Shown here: positions 1 to 12,200 of the stretch, in pieces | How the letters are laid out: each line of letters begins with the position of its first letter | Numbering within the stretch: the first letter of the stretch is position 1 | Source: a virus | Length of the DNA: 64,000 nt | Strand: one strand, 5' to 3' | IMG/VR virus record: IMGVR_UViG_3300040801_000976 | Location: 64,787-128,786 of that record | The notes under the pieces: model-generated | The model's database searches: none | Seen by the model: the letters and a program-made list of their open reading frames with translations, nothing else | What the model was told of the DNA's origin: nothing | Position numbers and translations under genes: made by a program

Positions 1-53
1 AAAAATAATACACACTCCTACAGCAAGAAATACAGTCGTATAAAGATTAAAAA

Positions 54-632
54 ATGAAGGTAAAGATAGGCGAAAGCGAGTTTAAAGTTGTTGTAGCTGA
101 TACAGACGAGAAGCGTGAGGTTGGTTTATCTACTTTAGATAAATTACCAAAAAAACATGGTTTATACATGAAGTTTGATAATGCCACGCGAATCCCGATT
201 ACTACTGAAAAAATGAAATTCCCGTTGGATGTTTTATTTATTAAGGACAGTAAGATACAAAAGATTGTTCCTATGGAAGTAGGTAAAACAACCTCAATAG
301 GAAAAGATTCCGACGCTGTGTTGGAAGTGAATATGGGGGAGGGTGGTAAGTTTCGAACTAATCAAAGGATAGAACTAATAGGATCTAAAGAAGAAGACGG
401 TTCTATAAGTATTGTGGAAGGAGAAATAAAAGCTTCTGGAAATAGACATCTTTTGGACGATAATGGTAAAGTCCAGATGAATTTACTTGGTGAGGAGAGA
501 ATTCTTTCTAGAAAAGATACAGAAAAATTATTGACGTTAGCTAAAAAGAAAGATTACAAAAAACTAGGTAGGTTTTTAGTTAATGTTATAAATAAGCAAG
601 ACAGCCAAGAACCTGAATTTTCAAATAACTAA
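54..632 (+). CDS. DUF192-like protein with C-terminal extension
   Basis: N-terminal VVVADTDEKREVGLS...GLYMKF...MKFPLDVLFI...VLEVN matches the DUF192 pattern; lies in the cargo gene block. Confidence 0.65.
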   Translation: MKVKIGESEFKVVVADTDEKREVGLSTLDKLPKKHGLYMKFDNATRIPITTEKMKFPLDVLFIKDSKIQKIVPMEVGKTTSIGKDSDAVLEVNMGEGGKFRTNQRIELIGSKEEDGSISIVEGEIKASGNRHLLDDNGKVQMNLLGEERILSRKDTEKLLTLAKKKDYKKLGRFLVNVINKQDSQEPEFSNN

Positions 633-634
633 TA

Positions 635-1285
635 ATGCCTAAGTACAAAGAATTATTCGACATATTTTATGCAGAGAACCCCGAATACACATTACCCAAA
701 AAGGATAATACTGAGGTTATTACACCTGGTAAATTAACTAAAAAAGACGAAGACTACGAGTTTGACTGGAAAATTAAAGATGAAGAAAGTAGTGATGACG
801 ACACTTTTATATCAAGAGATTTAAGGTGGAACGATAAAGTATCTAGAAACGCTTTACTTGACGCACAGTTGTACCACGAATCGAGGTTTAATCCTACTGC
901 TGTATCACCAGCAGGTGCCCAAGGCATTGCGCAGTTTATGCCTGAATCTTGGGTAGATGCGATTAATAGGGGATGGGTGTCGCCTGATTCTACTCCATTC
1001 GACCAAGAGGAATCTATTAAAGCTCAGAGTAAATATATGGATTGGGCTTATAATCTCGGTGAAGTGAAAGCTGCAACTACTGAAGAAGAAAGACTTGCTA
1101 GAGCATTAGCTGTATATAATTACGGTATAGGTAACTTTAGAAAAACATTAAACAGATCTTTCGAAGAAAGCAGGGATTGGAAAGAACTAATTCCTAATGA
1201 AACTAAAAAATATATTAAAGACATCTTAAACGATACAAGGCAGTATATTTCTTCTGGAAATTATCAGCCTAAATTTAACAGATAA
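635..1285 (+). CDS. lytic transglycosylase (SLT family), probably virion-associated
   Basis: HESRFNPTAVSPAGAQGIAQFMP (catalytic Glu, GxxQ), ALAVYNYG and ETKKYIKDI are canonical SLT motifs. Confidence 0.9.
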   Translation: MPKYKELFDIFYAENPEYTLPKKDNTEVITPGKLTKKDEDYEFDWKIKDEESSDDDTFISRDLRWNDKVSRNALLDAQLYHESRFNPTAVSPAGAQGIAQFMPESWVDAINRGWVSPDSTPFDQEESIKAQSKYMDWAYNLGEVKAATTEEERLARALAVYNYGIGNFRKTLNRSFEESRDWKELIPNETKKYIKDILNDTRQYISSGNYQPKFNR

Positions 1286-1307
1286 CAATTAAATTATTTA
1301 CAAAACT

Positions 1308-1631
1308 ATGAATTCAAAAAAAGATTGGTTAAATACCTACGGCAATAAGTCGGTACGAAAATTTCAAATGGGTGGTCCTATGGAGGGCGGAGATATGACA
1401 GGAGCAGGTCCTCAAGCAGGTGCTGCACCAGAAGCCCCGGGCGGTAATTTAGACGCAATGTTAGCAGAATATGCTCAGTCTAGAGACCCTCAATTAGCGG
1501 TTCAAATTTGTGACATGCTGGTTGAACTCATTGCTTCACAAGGTGGTGGTGCAGGAGCTCCGGCCGAAGGTCCTGCGATGGCAAGGAACGGAGCTAAGAT
1601 GTCAAAGAAAGCACCTGTATTTAGAGCTTAG
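1308..1631 (+). CDS. small Gly/Ala/Pro-rich putative virion cargo protein
   Basis: 107-aa ORF with RKFQMGG motif, low complexity, followed by a hairpin. Confidence 0.6.
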   Translation: MNSKKDWLNTYGNKSVRKFQMGGPMEGGDMTGAGPQAGAAPEAPGGNLDAMLAEYAQSRDPQLAVQICDMLVELIASQGGGAGAPAEGPAMARNGAKMSKKAPVFRA

Positions 1632-1649
1632 AAATATTTTATAAGTGTC

Positions 1650-1680
1650 AAGGTTTAGGTAGTTTGACTACCTAAGCTTT
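1650..1680 (+). terminator. stem-loop, probable intrinsic terminator or processing hairpin
   Basis: TTAGGTAGT-TTG-ACTACCTAA perfect inverted repeat after the stop at 1631; short T tail. Confidence 0.55.
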
Positions 1681-1709
1681 GGTTAATTTAATAAAGGAAA
1701 CATTTAATT

Positions 1710-2921
1710 ATGCCAATATTGAGAAATAAACAAAAGGCTAGAGAACAGGCTAAGGCGTTGCAAGAAAAAGGCTATACAATATCCTACGGTGATGATCCTT
1801 CTACCTACCAAATACTAGATAAATCTGGTAATGTGGTTGGTTTTACTGGAGGAGAATCGGGATTAGATGTTGGAGGTCTAGCTGAAGGCTCTGGTTTGTT
1901 TCCTGGTAAGAGACGATATAAGAAACTAACAGGTAAGGCGATAGAAGGTATTTTACCAAAATATAAAACATCTACTAAACCAAAGATTGACGATACTGAT
2001 ATTGATCCAGCTCAGAAAGGTGGTAAAGAAGACTTGGAAGGCGATAAACCTGAATATATCAAAGACTTCGAAGAGAGGTTAAAGAATATCGAATCTTCTG
2101 TAGAGTCTACTTCTACAAATAAAGCCAAAACTGTTTCTTCTGAAGTAATAGGTAAGGATTTTACACCAGCAGAGAGTGCATCGAGAGAAGATTATTTTCT
2201 GCACCCTTTAAATAAGAGTGAAAACGCGAAGGGTAGTCAAAATACAGTTGAAGTACAGTCCGGAGGATTTAACGAGGAATCGTTTTACACAGTTACAGGT
2301 AAATTCAGACCTTCGATAGAGGATTTCTTTTCTGCTTATAATTCTGGCAAAGATTACTTACGTGTTGGAGATAAGGTGTTTGATGTAAATGAGTCAATAC
2401 AATCTCTACAAGGCGGTAACGATCCAGTAAGGATTAATACCTTTGTCAACGAAAAAGTATTTACTTCTGATGAACTAAATGCTGCTGAAGCTTTAGATGC
2501 TAAAAGAAAGGGTATTAGGTACTACAAGGTTGGCAACGAAATGTATGATTTATCAACTATTGATGATTTCACAGACCCAGCTTCTTGGTCATCAACCCCA
2601 GCACAACCGACCTCTAGAAATATTTCTGTCCCATCAATAGGTAGGCATGCAATAAATGCTGTATTACCCGGCGGTGGTTATATAACTAAGGTGTTGGATG
2701 CAGTATTATGGGGTAGAAATAGAATGGTTGGAGATAGACTTATTGAACGTACACCAGATATTCAACCATCTGTTGCAGGTAAAAATCTTACCGAGGCAAT
2801 TAATCCTGTAGAAAATACTGTACCACCGTCCACAAGACCAGAGGGTGGGAGAACAAGAGAAGGGTATGAGGTACGTCCTTCCATAGTAGAAAATATTGTA
2901 TTACAAAACTTAAACCGATAG
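1710..2921 (+). CDS. hypothetical protein, putative virion cargo
   Basis: 403-aa ORF, no Cys seen, in the co-oriented block upstream of the giant ejection proteins. Confidence 0.6.
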   Translation: MPILRNKQKAREQAKALQEKGYTISYGDDPSTYQILDKSGNVVGFTGGESGLDVGGLAEGSGLFPGKRRYKKLTGKAIEGILPKYKTSTKPKIDDTDIDPAQKGGKEDLEGDKPEYIKDFEERLKNIESSVESTSTNKAKTVSSEVIGKDFTPAESASREDYFLHPLNKSENAKGSQNTVEVQSGGFNEESFYTVTGKFRPSIEDFFSAYNSGKDYLRVGDKVFDVNESIQSLQGGNDPVRINTFVNEKVFTSDELNAAEALDAKRKGIRYYKVGNEMYDLSTIDDFTDPASWSSTPAQPTSRNISVPSIGRHAINAVLPGGGYITKVLDAVLWGRNRMVGDRLIERTPDIQPSVAGKNLTEAINPVENTVPPSTRPEGGRTREGYEVRPSIVENIVLQNLNR

Positions 2922-2922
2922 T

Positions 2923-4164
2923 ATGGGATATTTATATAGGAAACCTAGAAAATACCAGACTGCGGGGAAAACCTCTCCTTACGGTGAATATTACACCATA
3001 GATCCTAAGGTATCTAAAGCAATTATGTATGGCTCCGATGAATTTGGTTATACACCGTCTGCTATAAGTCCTTATTTGGGTGGGGGTCAGGTTAACAGGG
3101 ATTTAACACTAAGTAAGCGTAGAATACCTGAATATACAGATATACAGAAGGCACCTAGGTTGTCTGCGGTGGGCGCGGTACCCTCGATCCCAACTGATCC
3201 CGAAGAATCCTATACGCTTGGTACCCCTACCAGAGTAGAACGTATGGCGCCTAGGGAACAATCTCCGGTTGGAACTCCAGAATTAACTATCAAACCAAGA
3301 CCGTATCCTCGCGGAGATACTTTATTTGAATCTAATAATGATACTGAGTTTAAATCCCAAAAGGATGGTTTATTTGGATCATTAGAGGGTAATGAGTTAG
3401 CTCTAGGTGCTTTAGCCAAAGCAGGACTTAATTTATCTAATGTTGTTATGAACAGAATGAAGATTGAGAAAGCCGTTGATAGAGCTAGGGATAGAATTGT
3501 TCCTAGAGTTGAAGCTGAGGTTAGGGAGATTAGACCTGTTCAGGATATACCAGAAGAAGTTTTACAAGAACGCAAAGAACAAATAAGTAATATTAAAAGT
3601 GGTTACAGAGGATCGGATGTAGTTTCTGATATATTAAGTAAAGCAATTACCTCTGACCAAAAAGAAAACTTGATGCAACAATTAGGTGCTGAAAGGGCTG
3701 CACACCTTACTTCAGAAAGAAATAGAGTTTCTGAACAACGTGGACAGAATCAAATAGCTCAAACAAGAGCCAGAAATATGTCTGCTGCCCAAGGTGCTGC
3801 TGAAAGTGCTAGAATAAGAGGTGTAGATGTACAGAAAGAAGAAGCTCTGAGAGATTTATACTCTAAAGCTATAAATGAGACAGTTAAGTCTATTGACTCA
3901 GCTGCCGCATATAATATAAGTAAAGATTTAAAAGAAAGTGATTCCGCATTAAAGTCTATAGATAATGATGTGAATACTATTTTATACCAACTGGCTTTAG
4001 ATCCAGACTATAAAACTAAAAAACAACTAAACAACCTACTAGCAATTAAAAGGGGGGAGAGGCAGCAAATTGTGGACGAAGCTTTACCTTCCTATAGTGA
4101 ATTTCTAGGAGGTGGTTTAAAAATTCGTTTTAAAAAAGGTGGTAAGTTATTACCCAAAAAATAA
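2923..4164 (+). CDS. hypothetical protein, putative ejection/cargo protein with coiled coil
   Basis: 413 aa; starts RKYQTAGK, ends FKKGGKLLPKK; Q/E/A/R-rich helical C-half; no Cys seen. Confidence 0.6.
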   Translation: MGYLYRKPRKYQTAGKTSPYGEYYTIDPKVSKAIMYGSDEFGYTPSAISPYLGGGQVNRDLTLSKRRIPEYTDIQKAPRLSAVGAVPSIPTDPEESYTLGTPTRVERMAPREQSPVGTPELTIKPRPYPRGDTLFESNNDTEFKSQKDGLFGSLEGNELALGALAKAGLNLSNVVMNRMKIEKAVDRARDRIVPRVEAEVREIRPVQDIPEEVLQERKEQISNIKSGYRGSDVVSDILSKAITSDQKENLMQQLGAERAAHLTSERNRVSEQRGQNQIAQTRARNMSAAQGAAESARIRGVDVQKEEALRDLYSKAINETVKSIDSAAAYNISKDLKESDSALKSIDNDVNTILYQLALDPDYKTKKQLNNLLAIKRGERQQIVDEALPSYSEFLGGGLKIRFKKGGKLLPKK

Positions 4165-4170
4165 CTTTAG

Positions 4171-4202
4171 AACCCCTCGCCGCCTGGTGCGGGGTTTTTT
4201 TC
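4171..4202 (+). terminator. rho-independent terminator
   Basis: GC-rich hairpin AACCCCTCGCC-GCCT-GGTGCGGGGTT followed by a T run, just after the stop at 4164. Confidence 0.75.
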
Positions 4203-4247
4203 TGTCTTGATAATAATATTAGTGAAAAACTAACAAAATATACATAT

Positions 4248-6233
4248 ATGATATTAAAGAAAAAACAATCCGGAGGACGTTTGTTTGCACCAGCACAACT
4301 AGATTTTGGTGCCCGGGATTTTTCCGGTTTACTGAATCAGTTTGACTCTGGAAGAGCCGGAAGAACATCTTCTGGTGTTAGACTTCCTAGAACTACTGCT
4401 AAAAGTCAACAAGATGTGTCGAGTAAAGGTTTACCGAGCGATATAGCCTATTACCAACAAACTAAAAAAGAAATTGAGTCAGAAATTGAGGACGGTTTTA
4501 TAGCTGATGAAAATTTTGACCAGACTAAAAAATACGAAGCTCTAACAGACAGTTTGTACAGTCTTACAAGCTCTTTCGTACCTACATTCGAAACTAGAAA
4601 GAAACAGTTTGAAGACGCTAGGAAACGATTAAGAACTGAGAAGGCGTCTGGTATGCCCGCCATAATGGGAGATAAAGTGTTAGTTCAAAGTAAAGATGGA
4701 TCAATGGAGTTTCTAGATGATGAACAATTACTACAGTCTCCAGAAGACTATAAGATGTTAACTATACGAGAAGCAGCTGACTTACGATATAACAACCCAC
4801 AATTCAGCGGTGCAACAACACAAGGTCGTTTATTAGATATGGTCATGGAGGATGCGTTTGGTGGCTCTTCATTCAACGATTATATAGGAGATCTTATTAA
4901 ACAGGCTGGTTATACATCTATTGACGGGAAGTTAGCTGACAATGAAAAGCGTATAATTAATATAAATGATATTGTTTTTGAGGGTACTGAGTACAGATCA
5001 AAAAGTAATCAGAAGTCTTTAAATGGTTTAGTTCGAAACTTTGTGACACAAGCTGACCCCGCAGCATCTAACTATGTCCAGGGCATGGCTTTGAAGAATT
5101 TATATAACAAAGCTGCACGCGGGGAAATAGATCTTGAAGATAAATCTCCGCACGAAATAGAACAGATGATAGTTAATAACTACGAATCTTTTGTTTTAAA
5201 AACTATACTACCGTCGTTAAAAGAGGAGTTTGAGTTAGACGGTGATGTAGACGGAGGAGGAGATGGTTCAGATTGGACTACTAAAGATTTAATTAAAACA
5301 AAGGTACCTATGAATATATTTAGATTCGCTAACCTACAAGTATTAGGAACGGGTAGAGAGTCTGTTGAAAGCGTCCCAGGTGTGAAGGAAGATTCGGATA
5401 TGGGTTCAATACTATATAATATACCGAGTACAAAGATACCGGAAACCAATGAATTATTAGAGAATAAGTATGTTGAATTCGAGGGTGATGACGGTAATAA
5501 AATAAAAACCATAGGAGATAATAATCTTCTTAGAGATATCGGAGATCCGTCGGAAGCTACATTGGCTAACGGAGTAAAATTAGAAGATATTACGGATGGA
5601 GGTATGCAAAATATTACTACTAATTGGTCAAGTAATATAAGATTAATCATAGCTCCTGTGATAGATGGTAAGGTGACTTTTGATATACCACAAAATAATC
5701 AGGTTGTAGATTTGGTAAAGGAGTTGGAAGAAGAATTGAAGAAAGTTAATTTAACTCCAGAAGATATTCAAACCAATTCTGATAGCGAAGTAGTTCAAGA
5801 TATCAGAAGAAGGATCAACCAAAAAGCCTCTAAGATTCCAAACAGTAACATAAGTTTTGATTTAGCTGTAGCATTTGATGTGTACATGCCTGTTACCAAA
5901 GAAGCGGAAAGACAGTACGATATGTTCTCAGATGCTTCGTCGGTAGCTGATAAAATAAAATCTAGAATAACAGATCCTATAAGAAATAAGAGTAGATATA
6001 AATCAGCTAAAGCTTTTATGCCTGTGAGCAGTTCTTTTTATAAAACTATGGCTGATGCTAATAAATATAACACCAAAGGGGATTATAGTTTAGCTGAGAT
6101 TAGAGCTATTACAACTACCCAACCACAGGGTCTTGGGTCACAGAGTCAGGATGATGTGATAAAAGATGTTACTAAAAAAGAAGATGGTGGTAAAATACCA
6201 ACCGCGGAAGAGATTAAGAATATTTTATTCTAA
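4248..6233 (+). CDS. hypothetical protein, putative ejection/cargo protein
   Basis: 661 aa; starts KKKQSGGRL, ends KKEDGGKIP; directly precedes the three giant genes. Confidence 0.65.
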   Translation: MILKKKQSGGRLFAPAQLDFGARDFSGLLNQFDSGRAGRTSSGVRLPRTTAKSQQDVSSKGLPSDIAYYQQTKKEIESEIEDGFIADENFDQTKKYEALTDSLYSLTSSFVPTFETRKKQFEDARKRLRTEKASGMPAIMGDKVLVQSKDGSMEFLDDEQLLQSPEDYKMLTIREAADLRYNNPQFSGATTQGRLLDMVMEDAFGGSSFNDYIGDLIKQAGYTSIDGKLADNEKRIININDIVFEGTEYRSKSNQKSLNGLVRNFVTQADPAASNYVQGMALKNLYNKAARGEIDLEDKSPHEIEQMIVNNYESFVLKTILPSLKEEFELDGDVDGGGDGSDWTTKDLIKTKVPMNIFRFANLQVLGTGRESVESVPGVKEDSDMGSILYNIPSTKIPETNELLENKYVEFEGDDGNKIKTIGDNNLLRDIGDPSEATLANGVKLEDITDGGMQNITTNWSSNIRLIIAPVIDGKVTFDIPQNNQVVDLVKELEEELKKVNLTPEDIQTNSDSEVVQDIRRRINQKASKIPNSNISFDLAVAFDVYMPVTKEAERQYDMFSDASSVADKIKSRITDPIRNKSRYKSAKAFMPVSSSFYKTMADANKYNTKGDYSLAEIRAITTTQPQGLGSQSQDDVIKDVTKKEDGGKIPTAEEIKNILF

Positions 6234-6250
6234 TACCACAAAAAATAAAT

Positions 6251-9200
6251 ATGTCAGATAATATCGATAAAAATATAAACGAAGACCTTACTCAGCAAGA
6301 AAACAATATTGAAGTTGTTGAGCAAGAAGTTAAAGATGATGTAAAACAAGTCGACGAGACTAAAGAATTATCTTTTTTCGATAAGGTTATACAGGCTAAA
6401 ACTAAACCCACGGAAACCTCTTACTTACCAGGTAAAGAAGATTTCAAAAAAGAGTTAGAAGAACGGGCTGGTAGAGAGTTAGAAGATGAAGAGGTTGACG
6501 AGGCTTACAAACATATTTCAGATTATTATAACGAGTTAGCTCGAGAGGAACTAGAAAACGCACAAGTATTTAGTTCCTTTGATTATATGTTTGAGGGCGC
6601 GGAGGATGATGTAAATTTTGTGGACGAAGGGGATTATCAACCTACTTTGGATGTTACTGTAGAGACTAACTCTGGTGCAAAAAGAATTCTAGATACATGG
6701 ACAGACCCAACCAGGTCAGTCAGAAAAGGCTCTATCCTATCTAAAAAGTGGATAGACCATAATGGTGAGGTACGTGAGTTAAACACTGATCTATTTGACG
6801 GTATGGTTGGTAATAAAGAGTTCGCCAACGACGAGGGTAAAAATATTATAGGATATACTTATCTGCCATCGGATCCTTATGCTAGAGGAACTGGTCTTGT
6901 TAAAGCTTTTTACGAGGGTGAAGAACCAGACGGTGAGGTAGTAAGTAGATGGGATGCCAACGGTAGGTTTTTAAACGGAAATGACTTAGATTTCAGTACA
7001 TGGAAAGTTCCTATTGCGTCCACATTTAATTTTGCTGTCAACCTGGTAGATACGGCTCTAGCTCTATCAGAGAATGTTTCTGTAATAGCAACACACGGAG
7101 GTGTTACAGACACGGAATTCTACAAGGATTTACGTGATGTTAGAAATAAGTTACAATCGTTCAATGTATCTAAGTCTGACTGGGATCAGCAAAAGATGTT
7201 TACTGTAAACAATATGGTAGACCTCGGTATTAATGTAGGTTTACAATTACTTACAGCTCGTGGGTTAGCAACAGCTTTTGGTAAAATATTAGGAGCTTCC
7301 GCCAAATCTGTTAAAAAACTATCTGCCATGCAGCAGACATTACAACAAACTACGGATCCTGTTAAGAAAAAGGCACTAAGAAGTTCGATTGATAAACTAA
7401 CTGCTACAATACAAAAGGCCGGTAAGGGTAGCCAGAGAAGTACTTTATTTATGCTAGGTGCTATGGCAGCCAAAGACGCTTCACAAGAGGCTAAACATGC
7501 TGGTTTTACAGACTTAGAGTCAGCTTATATCTATGCAGCTAGTTTAGGTGGTATGATGTGGGTGAATCAGCTAAGTAATCTAGGATTCGAGCGCGTGGGG
7601 CTAAATAGAGCTTCTAAAATTACTAATAATATATCTAAGCGTATTTTTAATGAAAATACAGCGGCTAAAGTAGTAAAAAATCCTAAGAGTTTAAAAGGTT
7701 TAGTTAGTAAATATTCCGATGATTTAATAAAAAAGTATAAAGAGGCAACAAGTAAAACGGGCTACGCATCTCATATGCTCTCTGAGGCAACGGAAGAGGA
7801 AGCTGAATTACTTATGCAAGAAGTAGTCAATCATACGGCAAATTTATATTCTGCTCTTGGTTACAGGGAAGAAGATAGACCTAAATTTAAGACAGTATTT
7901 GACGAGGGGTATTGGGGAGAATTCATGACAGAATCTGTTATGAGTGTATTAGGCGGTGCTATGGGTGGTGCTATGGCTAGAGGATTATTTATACCAAAGT
8001 CTGAGTTAAATAAGATCAAAGAGTCAGAATTACCCGTTACAGGTAAAGAGGCTGATGCTTTTAAACGTGTAGCATATATGTCTACCAGAACGCAGGAAGG
8101 TGCTCAGTGGGAAGATATGATGATGACCAAGATGAAAGATAAGAGGGAGAAAGGTTTATTTGGCAGAGAAGATATTTCTACCCTATGGGATAAAGAGTTG
8201 GGTAGGTATAAAAGAATGACGGAACTAACGGAGGAGGAATCAGAGAAATATTTTAGCCAGGCGGAGACTGCTTATAGAGCATCAATGGCACAGTATCAAT
8301 ACTACAAATTAGTATTCGCAAATGAATCTGGTAAGTTTGAAGATATAGTAAAAAATAACCCAAATTTTGCCCATTTAACAGAAAGCCAGCAGTTACAAGA
8401 TGCTACTATGGATAAGATACAGAGAAAATCTGAAATTCTTAATAGTGCTGATTTGGGTACTATGGAAATAGATACTCTGATTACTAAACTGTCTGATACC
8501 AAAAACAAACTTAAAAAGGATGAGGATGGGAAGGTAGATGATGCTAAATACCAGGAAGAGTTAACTGAGGTATCAGGAGCAACCAAGTTATCTGTAAAAG
8601 ATGTAGAAGAGTTGGTTGAAATAAATCAATTTCAAAAAGATGTGTCGTCTGGCGCAATACTAGAAAATGCTTTTATAGACTTACAGCTTACAAGCGAAAA
8701 CTATAGAGATGTATTTTCCCCCGAAACTTTTAGAATGCTTATAGAGTCTGATTCAGAGGCTCAAGATAGTTATCAAGAAAGTAAATTATTGCTAAAAGAG
8801 CTTCAGGACAAAATGTCTGAGTCATTCGATAAAGTATCGGAAGAAGGTGGTCTAACAGACGAGCAGAAGTCTATATTACTTTCTGGTAAAGCTGTGTTAA
8901 ATCCTGACACAAAAGAAAGGTTATTGGAGGTTGTTAGAAATACAGGAGTGCCGTTGGTTGAAAGGAAAAAAGCCGCTGCTATGCATGTTTTGAACTCAAT
9001 GAAAACCAATGGATTATTACAGAATGAGGAGAAGTATTATGGTCAACAGTTAAACTTTTTAGCTAATCTTGAAAAGACTGTTAATACTGACCCAAGTGCT
9101 TTACCACAGACCATAGAGGGTATGTTGGATAAGATACCACCAGACTACGAAGTATATCCATTTACCCAGAATGAAGAAGTAGAAGCTGTAAAATTAGCTT

Positions 9201-12200
9201 ACGCAAACAAAACTTTAAAGAAAATTGCTACGGCTAAGTCTGAGAGTGAATTATCTGACATTTTGTACGATGAAAAAGATGTTACTGCCGCGAACTACGC
9301 TGCGGATTATGCTACACCAGATTTTCCATTCGCAGGTACCAGTTTAGAGGGTGAACCTCTAATGTTTAACGAATCACCTAATGCCGCTCCTATATACGAT
9401 GCCGTTGGTTTTTCAGAAGACGCTAAAGAAAAAGCACAATTACTCGACGCTATAAATAACACGCAGTCAGTAGAAAACGCAGATGAAAATAGGCCCGATG
9501 CACTGTTTGATTTTGACGATAGTAATCCAAACAAAATAAAATACTTAACTTCTAGTTTAGAAGAAAAATATTTATCGTTAACCGGTGGTGAAGAAAATCC
9601 TCGTACTTTTGCTAATTTATCAGGAGCAAAAAAACTAGCTGATAAATTACGTATGCGAATAAAGCAACTACATTTTCTTGTAGAGAATGTTCCTGCTCTA
9701 CTAACAATACAACAAATTAACGAAGAACAGTTTGGTGAATTAAGAGATGATCTAACATACTTTACGAAGCATCTAAATAAAATAGTAGATACTAAAGCTA
9801 TACGTGAAAACGATGCTTATAAATCGCAGTATTTATTAAACCTAGTTCAGCAGCAAGTCAGTCTAATTAAATTATTAGAGAAAACGGAAAGGTTAACTAA
9901 GTTAGCGGAGAATTCGTCCGTGGACTTACAAAAAGCTTATTTTGGTGATGCTGTGAGCTACGCGTCTGATTCAATAGAATCAGTATCGGCAGTATTTTTA
10001 CGAGATGGAGGGCAAGCAGTTATACAGTCAAATCCTGCATTGGAAGGTATCGAAGACTTAACTATAGGCTTGAACTACGAAGATACAGATCAAATAAATG
10101 TAAAGAAGTTGTTCGATTCGTTGTACGAAATTAGGAGAAAACTACAAAAAGCTCGTGTCGACAACCCAAAATTTGTAGATGAGTTAGTGACACATCTTTC
10201 TGATAAAAAAGGTACAGATAAAAGTTTAATTAATACTATACTACTTACACTATCCCCATCGGATTATATTTTTAGTCGAATGAGGTCTGTATATGATGAA
10301 GCGATAAAAGCAGCTGACAGTGTAGAGAAGCTAGAAGCTTTACAATTACCTACGATAAGCCAATTACGTTTAGCGGAGGAAGCTGTTACTGCGTCAACAA
10401 CATCGTTTCTGTATTATGCTAATATTTTACGCGGCAGTAAAACGAAGATGTTACCCATAGCGGTATTTTCTGGAGCTCAGGGTACAGGTAAAACCCAGGT
10501 AGTTGGTAAAGATGCAGCTAAATACGCTCAAGAAGTTCTATATAAGTTAGAACAGGATAAAGCATCTAATAAGTTACCGAAAATATTATTTGCATCTAAC
10601 TCGGAAAGTCAGGCTAAAAATTTACGTGTTTCAGCCGAAAAGGGTGATGTTGTCAGCGGAAGTTTAGAAGGTAAGAAAGATGTAACACAGGAAGATCTCT
10701 GGAACTTATTCGTCGGCTCAGATTTATCTGTAAAAGATATTGCTGATAAACTTACTGACATAGGAGCTATTTTTTATGATGAAATAGCTGATGTAGAGTT
10801 TGATGCCAGTACTGCTGGTGTTAAGAAAGGATTCGATAATCCTAAAGAAGCTTTTGTCTTAAATGCTATTTTAGCAAAACTTTCTCAGGTTAACGATTAT
10901 AGGAAATCACTGAAGCAGGAAGCTCTGGTATTAATAGGACTCGGGGATACGGCACAGGGCGGTTATATGGAAGGATCACCTAGTCCTAGAAACCCAGACG
11001 GTAAAGAACAATTAACAGGTAGAGTATTTTCGGTAACAGATCCTACTACTAGTGTTTATAAAGGTTCTGTAGAGTTAAAACACCCGTTCAGATATCGCGT
11101 AGGAGAATTAATAAAAGCTCCTAAAGAAATTCTTGAGAAATTAGACCCGAGGATGAGGTTAGATTCCAAGGAGATGCAGCCCGTTACATTTAACTATAAT
11201 TTCGAAGAAGGTACTTTTACTGGAGTTAAAAAATCTAATACTTGGAACGATATAATAAACGACGAAGATTTAGCTCAATCTATTAGAACTAAACTAGGCG
11301 CACCAAATAGTGGAGGAAACTTTACTATATTAGTTGTTACTGGTAAACATAGTTACGATGGAGTTGTAGACTCTAACTCTGCATTGGGTAAATTGTTGAA
11401 GGAGTATGAGGGAGATGAACGTATATTACTACGTGGGTTCTATAATGTAAAAGGTTCGGAAGCAGACTATGTATTAGTTAATATGCCTAAAGATCATTTT
11501 ATACACTCTAAAGAAGAGGTGGAATCACCGGACTTTGCTTCCCCAGAGCAACTTACAAACAGACTACGTATAATGGCTTCTGTTATTGGTAGAGCACATA
11601 CGTTTACCAATATAGCTGTGACGGGAGATTATCCCATACACTCTAATAAAAGTACTACCACCATTATTCCGGTCAACGAAACCAATGAGTTTAAACGTGC
11701 TTGGAGTGAAATGTTATCTGGAGCCATATTATCTAACTATGACGTGATTCCAGAGTCAGTAATACCTAATATTGAAGTAGGAAAAGAGTCTGATAAAAGT
11801 GGTTTTGATACATCGGTTACCGACGAAGAGGGTATTGCCGGAGTGTCGGATCCTTATACTTCATCCGCCACAGAATCTACGGAGTATGCAAACTCTGTTG
11901 CCAGGGAGTTGGGGATAGAAGAACTTACGGAAGATAATGTTATTGCGGCACGAGAGTTAGCAAAAGAGTTGGAAGATAGTTCCACAGGTACAGATAAAGA
12001 TAATGCTGGTTCGCTTAAAGTGTTGCTGAACAATATCTTCAGCGTGATAAAAAATGAAAATGAAGGTGAGGTAATATCATTTGATGACTCAGATCCAATT
12101 GGTAATAATTCTTCTTTCCAGAATATGTCAGACAAGAAGATTATGCAGGAAATAGAGAAACAGGAAGGTAAGATTCTGTTTTTCGGACAGTTAGGTCAAG

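Noticed and set aside
1629-1710. Readthrough fusion of the in-frame 107-aa and 403-aa ORFs
   Set aside because: The spacer holds further TAG, TGA and TAA stops in frame plus a hairpin.
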